Assembly: GCF_963921235.1 (NCBI RefSeq)
Contig: NC_086107.1
Location: 95,356,001-95,420,000 of the forward strand
Direction: 5' to 3'
DNA length: 64,000 nt
Source of the DNA: Mobula hypostoma
Lineage: Eukaryota
In this document: positions 48,211 to 60,559 of the stretch, piece after piece
How the letters are laid out: the number at the start of each line of letters is the position of its first letter
Numbering within the stretch: the stretch's first letter is position 1
The notes under the pieces: generated by a model
What the model was told of the DNA's origin: nothing
The model's input: only the letters and a program-made list of their open reading frames with translations
Database searches by the model: none
Position numbers and translations under genes: made by a program

Positions 48211-49994
48211 ATGTAGAAAAAAATTAATGCCTGCATTATTTTCAAGTTCTCTTTATGTAAATGTACTCAAAATTTGAGAAGCATAAAAGCATTAAAATGT
48301 GTGCCATTTCCAGCAATAATTTCTGTCAGGAAAATGGAGGTAATTATCGATAATTGGCTCATCTCTATGCTGGAGATTAATAGGAGAAGGTTGTTTTGGA
48401 GTGCCTTTTTGAAAAACAAACCATTTATCTGGAGGAGGAGGAGGAGGATCACTGATTCAAAAGAATAAATACCGGTGGCGGGGGGGGGGGCGTTGATCAT
48501 CCACCACACCACGTGGGTTGGAAAGGACTTATCCATTGAACACAGGACACATAATGCAGAACAGTACAGCATTGGAACGGTACCTTCATCCCTGAATACC
48601 GTGCCATTTCTTTTCCCGGGGTCAAAATTCTAGAGGGCATGCATTAATGGTGAGAGGGAGGGTTAAGTTTAAAGGAGATGGGCAGGGCAAGCATTTTACA
48701 CAGAGAACGACGGGTGCCTGGAATGCACTGCCAGGGGTAGTAGTGGAAGCAGATGGGTTGAGTGTCTCTTCGATGGGCACATGAACGTGCAGAGAACGGA
48801 GGGATATGGACATTGTGTATGCAGAGTGGACTAGTGTTGTTAGGCATTTAATTATGAGTAAAAAAAATCATTCAGCTGAATAATGTGGGCAGAAGGGTCT
48901 GTTCCTGCACTATACTGTTCTATGTCTTATGTTCTATATTTGGCAACTTTGTAATCCTCTGGACCGAACATTTGACACTCCAACTTCAGGTAAACTGCTC
49001 TCTCATTTCCATGATGGTGCTGATGTTCCCGTCCCACCTGGTTCTATAAAATTCCTTCTTCAGTCTTCACTTGCTCAGTCTGTTACCTGATCTGTCCAAA
49101 GCAGCCTGCACACAGATGTTTATCTTACACCCCCATGCCCACTGCTTAAAAAAACTGTCGCCCACCTGGTTCTGAGGAAGGGTCCTTGAGCTGAAACATT
49201 GGGTTCCTTTTTCACAAACATGGTTTGACTGGCTGGGTTCTTCCAGCATTTTTTGAGGTAAGGGATAACAGGTTAGAATGAGGTAACAGGTTGCAGTGAG
49301 GGTAACAGGTTGAGGTGAGGCGTAGGGAGGTTGGGGTGAGGGGTGGATGTTTTGCAGTAAATTTTATTGAAATATTTGTACTTACAAAGATGGAGAAAGT
49401 TTTCCTCCTGCTCTGACAAGTTAATTATTTTGTTTCATTCCTCTCTGGAGAGACAGATTCTGTCGAATGATTCACTGGAGTTCATTTTCACATCAAAGTC
49501 TTGTCATTTTGCTCTGATTAATTGCTGCTTTCAGCAGGTTTCACTGTGGAGACAGCATTCCGATGGGTACCTCTTCAGGACTAATTTCAATTAATCAGTA
49601 ACTGTCCCATTGTTTACCTTGGGTGCTTTTTGGCAGGATTAACAATGATTAAACAGAATGTAATGAAATCATCTTCACTCTCAGAGGAAATGAAATATCT
49701 GCATTAACAGGTGACTGAGCTCGGGGCCTGGCTGATGTTCTCGTAGTGGGTGTCTGACCCCAGTGGGTGGATAATTGGAAGTTCCTGGCTGAGTTACTAG
49801 TTACAATGATCACTGATGTTTTCAAACAAATTTCAATTTAATAACAACTGCTTTTGAAAAGACAGTCACGTGTCATCTCAAAGTATCTTTACTGAGATTT
49901 GTTACATGAATCAACAACTTTAAATGTCACTTTAGATCAGACTTTCTCCATTAGATATTCAATTTTAACCCTGTAATGAAGATCTGGAGGCTGC

Positions 49995-50280
49995 AAAACT
50001 TCCTTACACACCCACTGACAGTGAGTTTACACACCTTGAGAGTGTGTTCCTCCTTACACCCCACCTGGCATATCTTCCTTACACACCCACTGACAGTGAG
50101 GTTACACACCTTGAGAGTGTGTTCCTCCTTACACATCCACTGACAGTGCTTACACATCTTGAGAGAGTGCTTTTGCTTATACACCCATTGACAGTGAGCT
50201 CCTCCTTACACACCCACTAAGAGTGAGCTCTTCTTTACACACAGTGAGCTTCTCCTTATTCAGCCACTGTGAGTTAGCTC
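49995..50280. repeat. Degenerate tandem repeat (ccttacacacccactgacagtgag...)
   Basis: Repeated units explain the CKEEHTLKVC repeats in the ORF track. Confidence 0.8.
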
Positions 50281-50349
50281 CTGTTTACATACATATTGAC
50301 CATGAGTGTGTACGTGTACGCTTGCTCACTCATCTGTTGAGACCACAGC

Positions 50350-50613
50350 TGTTGGGTATTTAAGATTTCAGTAATATTTGAGTAATCTTGTGTATATATT
50401 ATTTGATTAAGCATTCTTAATAATATAAATAATTCTTTACAGATTACATGTATAAATATGTGAATTGCACATGTCATCACACTACCCCGTGATATGTGTG
50501 CGCTTTGCTTAAAGTAACACAGAATTAGACTCACATTTCAGATTCCTGTGTCTTCCTTTGAATTAGTTTAATGTTTTGAAGTTAAAAACATAACATTGGC
50601 AATGAAGGTGGGA
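50350..50613 (+). mobile_element. Gypsy-type 5' LTR (TG...CA, 50350-50595) followed by a decayed primer-binding site
   Basis: tgttgg...taaca, then tggcaatgaaggtgggat (14/18 match to TGGCGACGAGGATGGGAT, the complement of a tRNA-Ser 3' end). Confidence 0.7.
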
Positions 50614-51432
50614 TTGAAAAACTCAAATCAAATCATGTTTAATTATCATTCAAATGATACAGATACAGCTGAATGAGACAGTGTTCCTCTGGGGCCAAGG
50701 TGGAAAACGTTCAGAAATAGCTTTTATCATTCAAAATGGCGAGCAAAGAAGCATATTCACTCAAAATAAAAACATATATAGTCCTGAGCGACAATGTCCA
50801 GCAATCGATGATACGGGTCTCCAGGTTGTACAAAGACACATATCTGTCATTTTATTGTTTGAACACAGGAAGGCAGCACCGACAGGCAAGGTCAGGTCCC
50901 ATTGAGATGCTTCTGCGTCTCTCACTTGGTCTGCAGCAGCGGGCAAGCCCAAGGCTTGAGACCTAGTTCCCGCTACAACTGAGGCTACACAGCTCCCATG
51001 TCGACTATCCCTCCGCCAGACAAGGTGAGGGAGAGGGAGAGGGAGACCCTGGTGCCCTTCTTGGTGTTTTTACTATCCTCTGTATGGTGTTGTGGTCTGA
51101 TACCTTGCAGCTCTGTACCACACAATGATGCAGCCAGACGAGACCCTCTCAATGGTACTCCTGTAGAAAGTTGTTAAAATGGGAGTGGAGAGCCTTGTAC
51201 ACCTCAATCTCCTCCGAAAGTGTCGCTGCTGCTATGCCTTCTTGACTAATGAGGAAGTGTGGGTCCAGACCTAGACTCTCTCACTATTGGAAACATCCTC
51301 TCTACACCTACTTTGTCTCAGCCTTTCGACATTCAATAGGTTCACAATTCATTCTTCTAAACTCCAGCGAATACAGGCCTAGAGCCATCAAAGGCTCTTC
51401 AAACATTAACCCTTTAATTTCTGGGATTATTC

Positions 51433-52100
51433 TCATAGAAACATAGAAAATAGGTGCAGGAGTAGGCCATTCGGCCCTTCGAGCCTGCACCGCCATTCAG
51501 TATGACCATGGTTGATCATCCAACTCAGAACCCTGCACCAGCCTTCCCTCCATACCCCCTGATCCCTTTAGCCACGAGGGCCATATCTAACTCCCTCTTA
51601 AATATAGCCAATGAACTGGCCTCAACTGTTTCCTGTGGCAGAGAATTCCACAGATTCACCACTCTCTGTGTGAAGAAGTTTTTCCTAATCTCAGTCCTAA
51701 AAGGCTTCCTCTTTATCCTCAAACTGTGACCCCTCATTCTGGACTTCCCCAACATCGGGAACAATCTTCCTGCATCTAGCCTGTCCAATCCCTTTAGGAT
51801 TTTATACGTTTCAATCAGATCCCCCCTCAATCTTCTAAATTCCAACGAGTATAAGCCTAGTTCATCCAGTCTTTCATCATATGAAAGTCCTGCCATCCCA
51901 GGAATCAATCTGGTGAACCTTCTTTGTACTCCCTCTATGGCAAAGATGTCTTTCCTCAGATTAGGGGACCAAAACTGCACACAATACTCCAGGTGTGGTC
52001 TCACCAAGGCCTTGTACAACTGCAGTAGTACCTCCCTGCTCCCGTACTCGAATCCTCTTGCTATAAATGCCAGCATACCATTCGCCTTTTTCACCGCCTG
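51433..52100 (-). mobile_element. Young 5'-truncated CR1 nested in an older CR1
   Basis: Open ORF ..LYKALVRPHLEYCVQFWSP..FFTQRVVNLWNSLP; catagaaa tail; near-identical to 57650-58310. Confidence 0.92.
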
Positions 52101-53266
52101 ATCCTCTGGATCTTTTCCAATGCCAGAACATCCTTTCTTAGATAAAGGCCCAAAACTGCTCACAATGCTCCAAGTGTGGTCTGATCAATGGCTTATAAAG
52201 CCTCACCATTACATCCTTGCTTTTATATTCTAGTCCTCTCAAAATGAATGCTAACATTGCATGTGCCTGCCTTATGATTGACAACCTGCAAGTTAACCTT
52301 TGGGGAATGTGCATTAGGAGTCACAGGTCCTTTTACACGTCCGACTTCTGAACTTGCAGCCTGTTTAGAAAATAGTCTGTGCCTTTATACCTTCTAACAA
52401 AGTGCATGACCATACACTCTCCTACACTGTTGCAGGAAAGCAGCATTCATAACCAACAACCCCCACCATCCTGGCCATTCTCATTGCTGTCATCAGGAAG
52501 GAGGTACAGGAGCCTCAGGACCCACACCACCAGGTTCAGGAATGGCTACAACCCATCAATCATCATGCTTCTGAACTAGAGGGAGTAACTTCACTCAACT
52601 TAACTCACCCCAACTCTGAATGTTTCCCACAACCTATGGACACACTTTCAAGGACTCTTCATCTCATATTCTTGATATTTATTGCTTTTTTATTGTTTTT
52701 TTTTTGTATCTACAGTTTGTTGTTTTTTGCACACTGGATGTTTGACTCGTGTGTGATTTTTCCTTGATTCTCTCCTGTTTCTTTGTACTTACTGTGAATG
52801 CCTGGAAGAAAATAGTGACATGTGGGCCGAAGGGCCTGTTCCTGTATTACACTATTCTATGTAATAACAAGCACAAACAAGGGACAGATGAACAGTGGTG
52901 GGGAAGAGAGAGGAGGCTCTATTCTTGCTGTCCAGAACTGTTGGAGGGGCTAACTTGACCAAGGAAAATCAAAAGGTTTTAGCAAATATTTTTCACCCAG
53001 ACAGCTCCAGCTGACCGGGGTCAGGTAATTGTGGAGGAGAAAGAATTCACTAATGTTAAGAATGAGACATTTGAAGTCTTTGCTTTCCTTCAGGCTCACC
53101 CTCCATCCCACAGATCTTTCAGCCACTTCAATCTCCCCCAACAGTCTTCTGTTACACAGTTACCAACTTCTAGTACATAAGGCATATCTTTCTTCCTTCG
53201 AAAGTAAGGTCCTCTCCTCTCTCCCACAGCAAACATTGTTGGGAGAACGGGTTCTCCTGTCTCCAT

Positions 53267-53348
53267 GCAACACACATCAAAGTTGCTGGTTCACCAGCAA
53301 CTTTGATGTGTGTTGCTTGAATTTCCAGCATCTGCAGAATTCCTGTTG
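53267..53348. mobile_element. 82-bp Penelope pLTR-derived insert containing a perfect hairpin with 24-bp arms; 14-bp TSD
   Basis: TSD tctcctgtctccat at 53253-53266 and 53349-53362; arms at 53267-53290 and 53293-53316. Confidence 0.85.
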
Positions 53349-53589
53349 TCTCCTGTCTCCATCTTGCTTTTTTAAAGTCATGAAACGGGAAATCTGCAAT
53401 AAATCGACTCAATAAGTCAGGCAGCATCTGTGGAAAGAGTTAACGTTGCAGGTCCGTAGCCGATTTTGATGATGGAACGTGAAATGTTTCCATAGATGCT
53501 GCCTGACTCGTTGAGCTGTTCCACCATATTCTGTTTTTCCTTTTTGTGACCTGCTTGGTGCGTATCCGTGTGTTGCTAGGATACCTGTT

Positions 53590-53800
53590 GCCCCCTCTGT
53601 CACGTCAAGTGTGGCCCGGGTAAGAGGGCAGAGGTGCAGACAGTGGGACGGGACGCGACGGACCAGAGTCGGAGTTGCAGTTCCCGCTTCTGGAACTCAC
53701 CCGCACAGCGCGCATTTTTCAAACTCGCAGTCGAAAGCAGCGCAGGGCTGAGCGGAAGAAACACTGTTGTGGCTCTGCCGACATCACTGCTGCACAAGCA
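53590..53800 (+). promoter_or_regulatory. CpG-rich promoter / 5' UTR of the acidic preproprotein gene
   Basis: Local CpG enrichment; CRE-like TCACGTCA at 53600-53607. Confidence 0.5.
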
Positions 53801-53866
53801 ATGATGCTGTGTTTCGCGGTATTTCTCTGGCTGCCTTTCCTCGCTGTAGCCGCTCCTGCCGCCTTG
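53801..53866 (+). CDS. Unidentified secreted acidic preproprotein, exon 1: signal peptide MMLCFAVFLWLPFLAVAAPAAL
   Basis: Hydrophobic core with an AVA-AP cleavage motif; TTG|gtaagt donor, phase 0. Confidence 0.78.
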
Positions 53867-56014
53867 GTAAGTGAGGGGGAAGCAGGGAATAGAACATTTT
53901 CTGCTGACCGTGGAGAAGACTGCGGACTGAAAGAGGTGAGAGCAGAGATTTCAATTAACCCACCGTTCCTGAGAACTAGGTTTATTTATAATGTAGAGTT
54001 GATGTTCTAAAACACACCACGAGACTGTGTGTGTGGGGGTATAAGTTCTCAACACAGAATTACCCTCATTGCTGTGAACCCCAAGATCAAACTTTTGGCT
54101 AAGGAGTAATAAAATAAATCTAACTGAAATCAAAACCTTCAGTATACAACAGTGACCTGAGGAGTGGGGAAGGGTTGTAATGACTCTGTTCCTGAGTTTT
54201 AAATGCTACATTTAGTATTTAAAAATTTGACACCACTTAGTGAAATGGTATTCTGTGTTGTGAGTATAAGTATACTCCCAGATCATTTTTACGAATATAA
54301 CATCTTTTGTTTATATTTTGATTGAATTGAAACTTAACTGGAGGACTTTTGACATCCATTTTTAAAATTTTGTTTTTCAGATTTGGGAAGGAGGGCACCA
54401 TTCCAACTGAAAGAGGACTTCTGTAGTTTGCTTATGGTCTTTGTCGGAATCCTATATTACTTCAAGTCCAAACTTTGTGCCCCTGAACACACTACAGGAT
54501 AATTTTCAGTTTTATCAAACCTGTCCAGAAACAAACTCCATTTTATGACATCGCAAGAACTGCCCAATGGCAGAATTGCTTTCTCATCACATCATAATGG
54601 AGCAGGACCATCTGACCAGCACCAACCCTTCTGCCACCATTCAATCATTATAAAAGCTAGCTATTCAAAAATCATTTTAACATAGACATGAACCACATAT
54701 TGAGTCTCCACTGGGTTAAAATCCCCTCATTGTCACTAAACTTTAAGTTACCCGAGGTATCAAGAGAAGTCAAGGATTTAATAATAAGTCAAGAGTAAAT
54801 GATGAGGGATAGAAAGTAACGAGGATCAAAGTGAAAGGAAGTTGGGGAATTTTACTACGGATTTTAATGATCAATCATTATTCCTATATTTAAGGACAGG
54901 AATATAATGCATGTTTTTCAAATTTGTACATCACACAATAATTGGAATGTCATAAGCAAGGAGGATACTGACAGTAAGATTTAAGAGCGGTTGCAAGATA
55001 ATTGACCTTCAGTTACTTATAAGGAAGTAGGTAATTTGGGATTTCTTTCCATATAGAGGAGATGGTTAGTCACAGGTCTAGTACAGGTATTCTAGAATCC
55101 TGAAAAATTTTGACAGTGTAAATGAGAAGTAGTAGTTTCCAGTGGTGGTAGGGTCAGTAAACAGATATGCAAGAATTCATGTTAGTTTGTTTTTATGCAG
55201 AAGATTGTAATCTGGAATGTGCCCACTGCTGGAAGCAGTTTCAACAGTAAATTTCAAAAGGGTACTATTCCCGTCGAATAGTTTTCAAACAATGAAGTAT
55301 TGCACTTCCATTGAGTTTACTTTAGTATTAAATGATTTCATGAAGCTACAAGTATTTGATTTTCTGCCTGCATGAAGTCTGAGGTGCAACTGCTCCATTG
55401 CTTAATTGAAGTCTCACTGTGGACCACTGTAAACTGCCTTTAGCCCTTCTTAGCGATAGGCCTTATTCTGAACTGTGAGGGTTGCTATAGTGTTATTAAC
55501 GTAGCTGAAAGCGTAGACCCCTCAAAAGAAAATCAGATGAAAATTATTTAAAGAAAGATTAATGCTTCAATGGAAAAATACATCATTTGACCCTGGAACA
55601 AAATCAAAAAGTATGCAGATGAAAAGTACTCTCTCTCTGAGAAGGCAAAGTGTTTATCACTTTAGAATGCTCATGTAACGTTTTAAATTTTGAAGTCACA
55701 GCTTGAAGTGACCCAAGCCTAAAAGGTCTGATAATTTATTTTGTAGATAAGTGTTCAATATATTAATGCAAATGGAATTCTTTTAGTTTCACTTCCTTAA
55801 AGCATAATAAAATATTCCACTTGAAGTGGTACAGCCCTGAAGGTATTACAAAACTAAAATATTTATCCAGACAACAGACCTTTGATTCATTTTCATTTTC
55901 CTGTGAAATTGTGAAAATAATATTGTTCTAGTCTTGGTATGACGGTAGTGGCTGGGGAAATGCTTAACAGAAATGATAGTAGACGAAGTGCAATGGGGTC
56001 CTACTCTGAGACTC

Positions 56015-56039
56015 TGTGTGTGTGTGTGTGTGTGTGTGT
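56015..56039. repeat. (TG)n microsatellite followed by a Penelope pLTR-derived insert (~56055-56290)
   Basis: Direct reading of the sequence. Confidence 0.85.
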
Positions 56040-56625
56040 ATACACGTGTTTGTGTAAAATACTGGAGGAACTCAGCGGGCCAGACAGCATCGATGGAAAA
56101 AAAAGTACAGTTGACGTTTTGAGCCAAGACCTTCGGCAGGATTAGAGAAAAAAAGATGAGTAGATGAGCACTCCTCATCTTTATTTCTCCAGTCCTGCCG
56201 AAAGGTCAACTGCATTTTTTTCCATAGATGCTGCCTGGCCTACTGAGTTCCTCCAACATTTTGTGTGTGTTGCATCTGAAGATTTTCTCTTATTTATGTA
56301 TGTGTGCATCTTCTATGAGTGGGGGCAGCTTCAGTACATACTTATTAGTGTCTCAATAAGGGTCTAAATTAGGGATCCCAACCTTTTTTATGCCATTGAC
56401 AGAACCCCTGGTCTAAAGGAAATGGGGAAAATGCAATGTCTGCACATTAAATGAGGGCTTTTTTCTTTAACAACCTTCAATACCTTCTTTGGGCAAAAAG
56501 GCTCATTGCATTGGGTATCACTTTTAAAAGATTCACTAAATACTCTATATTGATTATATATGTTATTGTGTCAGTGATATCGAAAGCAATACGTATTACA
56601 GTGTGAATATTGGGTCACATTTCAG

Positions 56626-56760
56626 GAGGTTAAAAGTGAGCCTGATGGATTTGTGAAGGTGGTTGACTTTGATAGCCTGCCTTTGAATTATCACGACGAG
56701 GAGAATGAAGAAGAATTGGTTGGAGACAAAATCTTCCACAAATATGAAAAAATTGACAAG
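56626..56760 (+). CDS. Acidic preproprotein, exon 2 (135 nt): EVKSEPDGFVKVVDFDSLPLNYHDEENEEELVGDKIFHKYEKIDK
   Basis: cacatttcag| acceptor and AAG|gtaaaa donor; open and phase 0-0; not in the ORF track. Confidence 0.72.
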
Positions 56761-56929
56761 GTAAAAAAAGATTATTTTGATGTAATTGGTGGCAGGTGAA
56801 CAGTTTAAGCAAAATGAAGACTGTTTTTATTGGTATTGCTTAGTCTAAGCATATTATTTGTGATTAGCACCTGTCAAAGTATTGCAGGCTTTGAAGGCTC
56901 TTTACTCATGTTTATAATTTATAATTTTA

Positions 56930-57215
56930 TAGGTGGCACAGTAGCATAGTGATTAGCACAATGCTTCACGGTACCGACGACCCAGGTTTAATTCCTGCCA
57001 CTGTTTGTAAGGAGTTCGTACATTCTCCCCATGACCGCGTAGGTTTCTTCTGGGTGCTCCAGTCTCCTCTCACTGTCCAAAGATGTACTAGTTGGTAGGT
57101 TAATTGGTCACTATAAATCGTCTCATGATTAGCTTCCAATTAAATCGGGGGATTACTGGGCAGTGTGCCTCAAAGGGCCTATTCCATGAAGTATCGCAAT
57201 AAAATAAATAAATAC
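56930..57215 (+). mobile_element. tRNA-derived HE1/V-type SINE
   Basis: ggtggcacagtagcatagtg (A-box-like), ggtttaattcc (B-box-like), core gtttcttctgggtgctccagt, aataa tail. Confidence 0.7.
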
Positions 57216-57647
57216 ACCAATTGGAATGAACTTGACAAATTGGGCAGGAACACATAAGGATTTAGCATAACTTCCTTGCTTTAGTATTCGACTCATATTT
57301 AAGAGAGACTTTTATTTCTACAGTCCTTATATCCTGTTGGTTGTTGACGCAAAATGACACATTTCACTGTGTTTCGATGTAAATAAAGATAATCTGTAGG
57401 TCTGAACTTTCACTCCTCACTTAAAATACATGCTCACTATTTTGACCCTGGATAAAAGACACAAACCATTTTTGCCTCTCACAATTTTATAAACTTCTGT
57501 CTGATCTTCAGCCTCTGACACTCCAACTCTAGTTGTCCAACCTCTCTTTATGGTAAGGGCCCTCTAATCCAGACAGCACCCTGGTAAATCTCTTCTGCAC
57601 CTTCTCCAAAGCCTCTATATCTTTCCTGTAATGAGGCAATCATAATT

Positions 57648-58920
57648 TAGAAACATAGAAAATAGGTGCAGGAGTAGGCCATTCGGCCCTTCGATCCTGC
57701 ACCGCCATTCAGTATGATCATGGCTGATCATCTAACTCAGAACCCTGTACCAGCCTTCCCTCCATACCCCCAATCCCTTTAGCCACAAGGGCCATATCTA
57801 ACTCTCTCTTAAGTATAGCCAATGAACTGGCCTGAACTGTTTCCTGTGGCAGAGAATTCCACAGATTCACCACTCTCTGTGTGAAGAAGTTTTTCCTAAT
57901 CTCGGTCCTAAAAGGCTTCCCCTTTATCCTCAAACTGTGACCCCTCATTCTGCACTTCCCCAACATTGGGAACAATCTTCCTGCATCTAGCCTGTCCAAT
58001 TCCTTTAGGATTTTATACGTTTCAATAAGATCCCCCCTCAATCTTCTAAATTCCAACGAGTATAAGCCTAGTCGATCCAGTCTTTCATCATATGAAAGTC
58101 CTACCATCCCAGGAATCAATCTGGTGAACCTTCTTTGTACTCCCTCTATGGCAAGAATGTCTTTCCTCAGATTAGGCGACCAAAACTGCACACAATACTC
58201 CAGGTGTGGTCTCACCAAGGCCTTGTACAACTGCAGTAGTACCTCCCTGCTCTTGTACTCGAATCCTCTTGCTATGAATGCCAGCATACCATTCGCCTTT
58301 TTCACCGCCTGCTGTACCTGCATGCCCACTTTCAATGACTGGTATATAATGACACCCAGGTCTCGTTGCACCTCCCCTTTTCCTAATCGGCCACCATTCA
58401 GATAATAATGTTTTCCTGTTTTTGCCACCAAAGTGGATAACCTCACATTTATCCACATTAAATTGCATCTGCCATGAATTTGCCCACTCACCTAACCTAT
58501 CCAAGTCACCCTGCATCCTCTTAGCATCCTCCTCACAGCTAACACTGCCGCCTAGCTTCGTGTCATCCGCAAACTTGGAGATGCTGCATTTAATTCCCTC
58601 ATCTAAGTCATTAATATATATTGTAAACAACTGGGGTCCCAGCACTGAGCCTTGCGGTACCCCACTAGTCACTGCCTGCCATTCTAAAAAGGTCCCATTT
58701 ATTCCCACTCTTTGTTTCCTGTCTGCCAACCAATTCTCTATCCACATCAATAGCTTACCCCCAATACCGTGTGCTTTAAGTTTGCACACTAATCTCCTGT
58801 GTGGGACCTTGTCAAAAGCCTTTTGAAAACCTAAATATACCACATCCACAGGTTCTCCCCTATCCACTCTACTAGTTACATCCTCAAAAAATTCTATGAG
58901 ATTCGTCAGACATGATTTTC
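57648..58920 (-). mobile_element. Young CR1 LINE (RT domain to 3' end, one frameshift)
   Basis: FQKAFDKVPH, SGVPQGSVLGPQLF, SKFADDTKLGG; overlapping ORFs at 58172-58987 and 57718-58491. Confidence 0.95.
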
Positions 58921-60559
58921 TCCAGAGGCGGCCTAGCCAGCATAACTTTGTTGCTTTTGAACTCAATGCCTCAATTAATAAACACAAGCATACCTACCTT
59001 CTTTACCTACATTTTTACTTATGTAAAAACTTACCTTGTTGATGAAATTTTAGACACCAGGCCAAACACCTCTTTGCGTGTTGTTACACTCCTGTGACAG
59101 CCCTGTACCATTTCACTGTGTGAAAGGAGAAAAACAACATACGAAAGCAGCTTATTATCATTTAAACTCCAGAGTTAAAAGGATGTTTTGTTTTCTCACT
59201 TCAAAACGTATATTTGCTGTGTCCCTCTTCAGTACATGGATGTTCCACCCTGTCCCTCAATCTCGCCATAAACAAATGAAAGTCATGTTTTCAGTTTTAA
59301 AATGAGACCCACCTCAACCACTGTCTTTATCCCAGCCACCAACATCCTCACACCACTACCCTGCCCTCTTTCAGCAGGCCATTACTCTGTTGGAAAACAT
59401 AGGACCTACATAATTGATATGTGCTTGACTGTCATATAAACAGGCTCTTTGGCCCACCATGACTAGACTGATTATCATTTACTAATACTTGGTCTGCGGA
59501 TTGTTTTGCCTTGGTAATTCAAATGTTTATCTAGATACTTCGTTATGTTGTGAGAGCACTGCATTGTAGATAGCGAGATCCACTGGGTAAAAAAACCCTT
59601 TCTCAGATCCCTTGATACTGCTTTACTTCTCACCTTTAACCTGTGTCCTCTGATGTTAGTTAGATAACCCTGCCTTGGGGTAATGTTTCTTATTATCTAC
59701 ACAACCTATAGCCATCAATTTTATATACTCTCATCAAAACCCACTCAGTATCCTTTGCTCCAAGGAAAGTAAATCTTCTAATCCAGTCTTTCCTCATAAT
59801 GGAAACATTCCACAGTAGGTAAAAAAAATACTGATGAATTGCTGCCGGTGCAATCAAATACTTGCTATGGTTTGCTGGCAAGAACTGTATATAGTATTCT
59901 AGCTGTAGCCTGACAATGTTTTATAACCCTGTGCTGACCACACATACTGTGCTTTGGTTAATGAAGGTAATCATCTTATATACCTTCTTCACTAACTTTT
60001 CTACCTGCTCTTCAGGGATCATTGGACTTTTTCCTTCATACTCCATAAGGTTTTGCCATTTTTAATATGTTATTGAGTCATAGAGTCGTAATGGCTGATG
60101 CCACCTGCCATTTGTCAATCATATTACCAGTCTGGATGAGAAGGTACTTGACACAGTTATTGTGGTGTGCTGGAAGGTGAAGAAGGTTATTTAAAATTAC
60201 AATGAAAAGGGGGTCAAGGAATGGGAGATTGAATTTAACTCAGACTAGTGTGAAGTGGGAAGTTACATGAGCAGGACACACAGTAAATGGTGGGGCTTTG
60301 GAGTGTGTTGAACAGAGAGACCGAGGGATACAAGCACACATTTCCCTGTAAGTGGTGATCTAGGTAGAAAGGGTGGTGGAGAAGGTGTTAGTGTTGTCGC
60401 CTTCATCATTCAGAACATTGAGCACAAGAGCTGGGGTGTTTTATTACAGCTACCCAACATGATAGACTATATTTGTATTGTGTGCAGTTCTGGTCACTGA
60501 CCGATAGGGAGGAGGATGTTCAGCTGGAAAGAGTACAGTGAATGTTTTGACATTTGATA

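Noticed and set aside
48042-48245. Signal-peptide-like ORF MKIMQALIFFYIIYIAF...
   Set aside because: The hydrophobic stretch is the TATA/AT-rich promoter read in frame; better explained as promoter plus non-coding exon 1.
54381-54410. Strong acceptor (tttgtttttcag|) in intron 1 of the acidic-protein gene
   Set aside because: Phase-0 reading stops after 9 codons and there is no good donor; at most a minor or poison exon.
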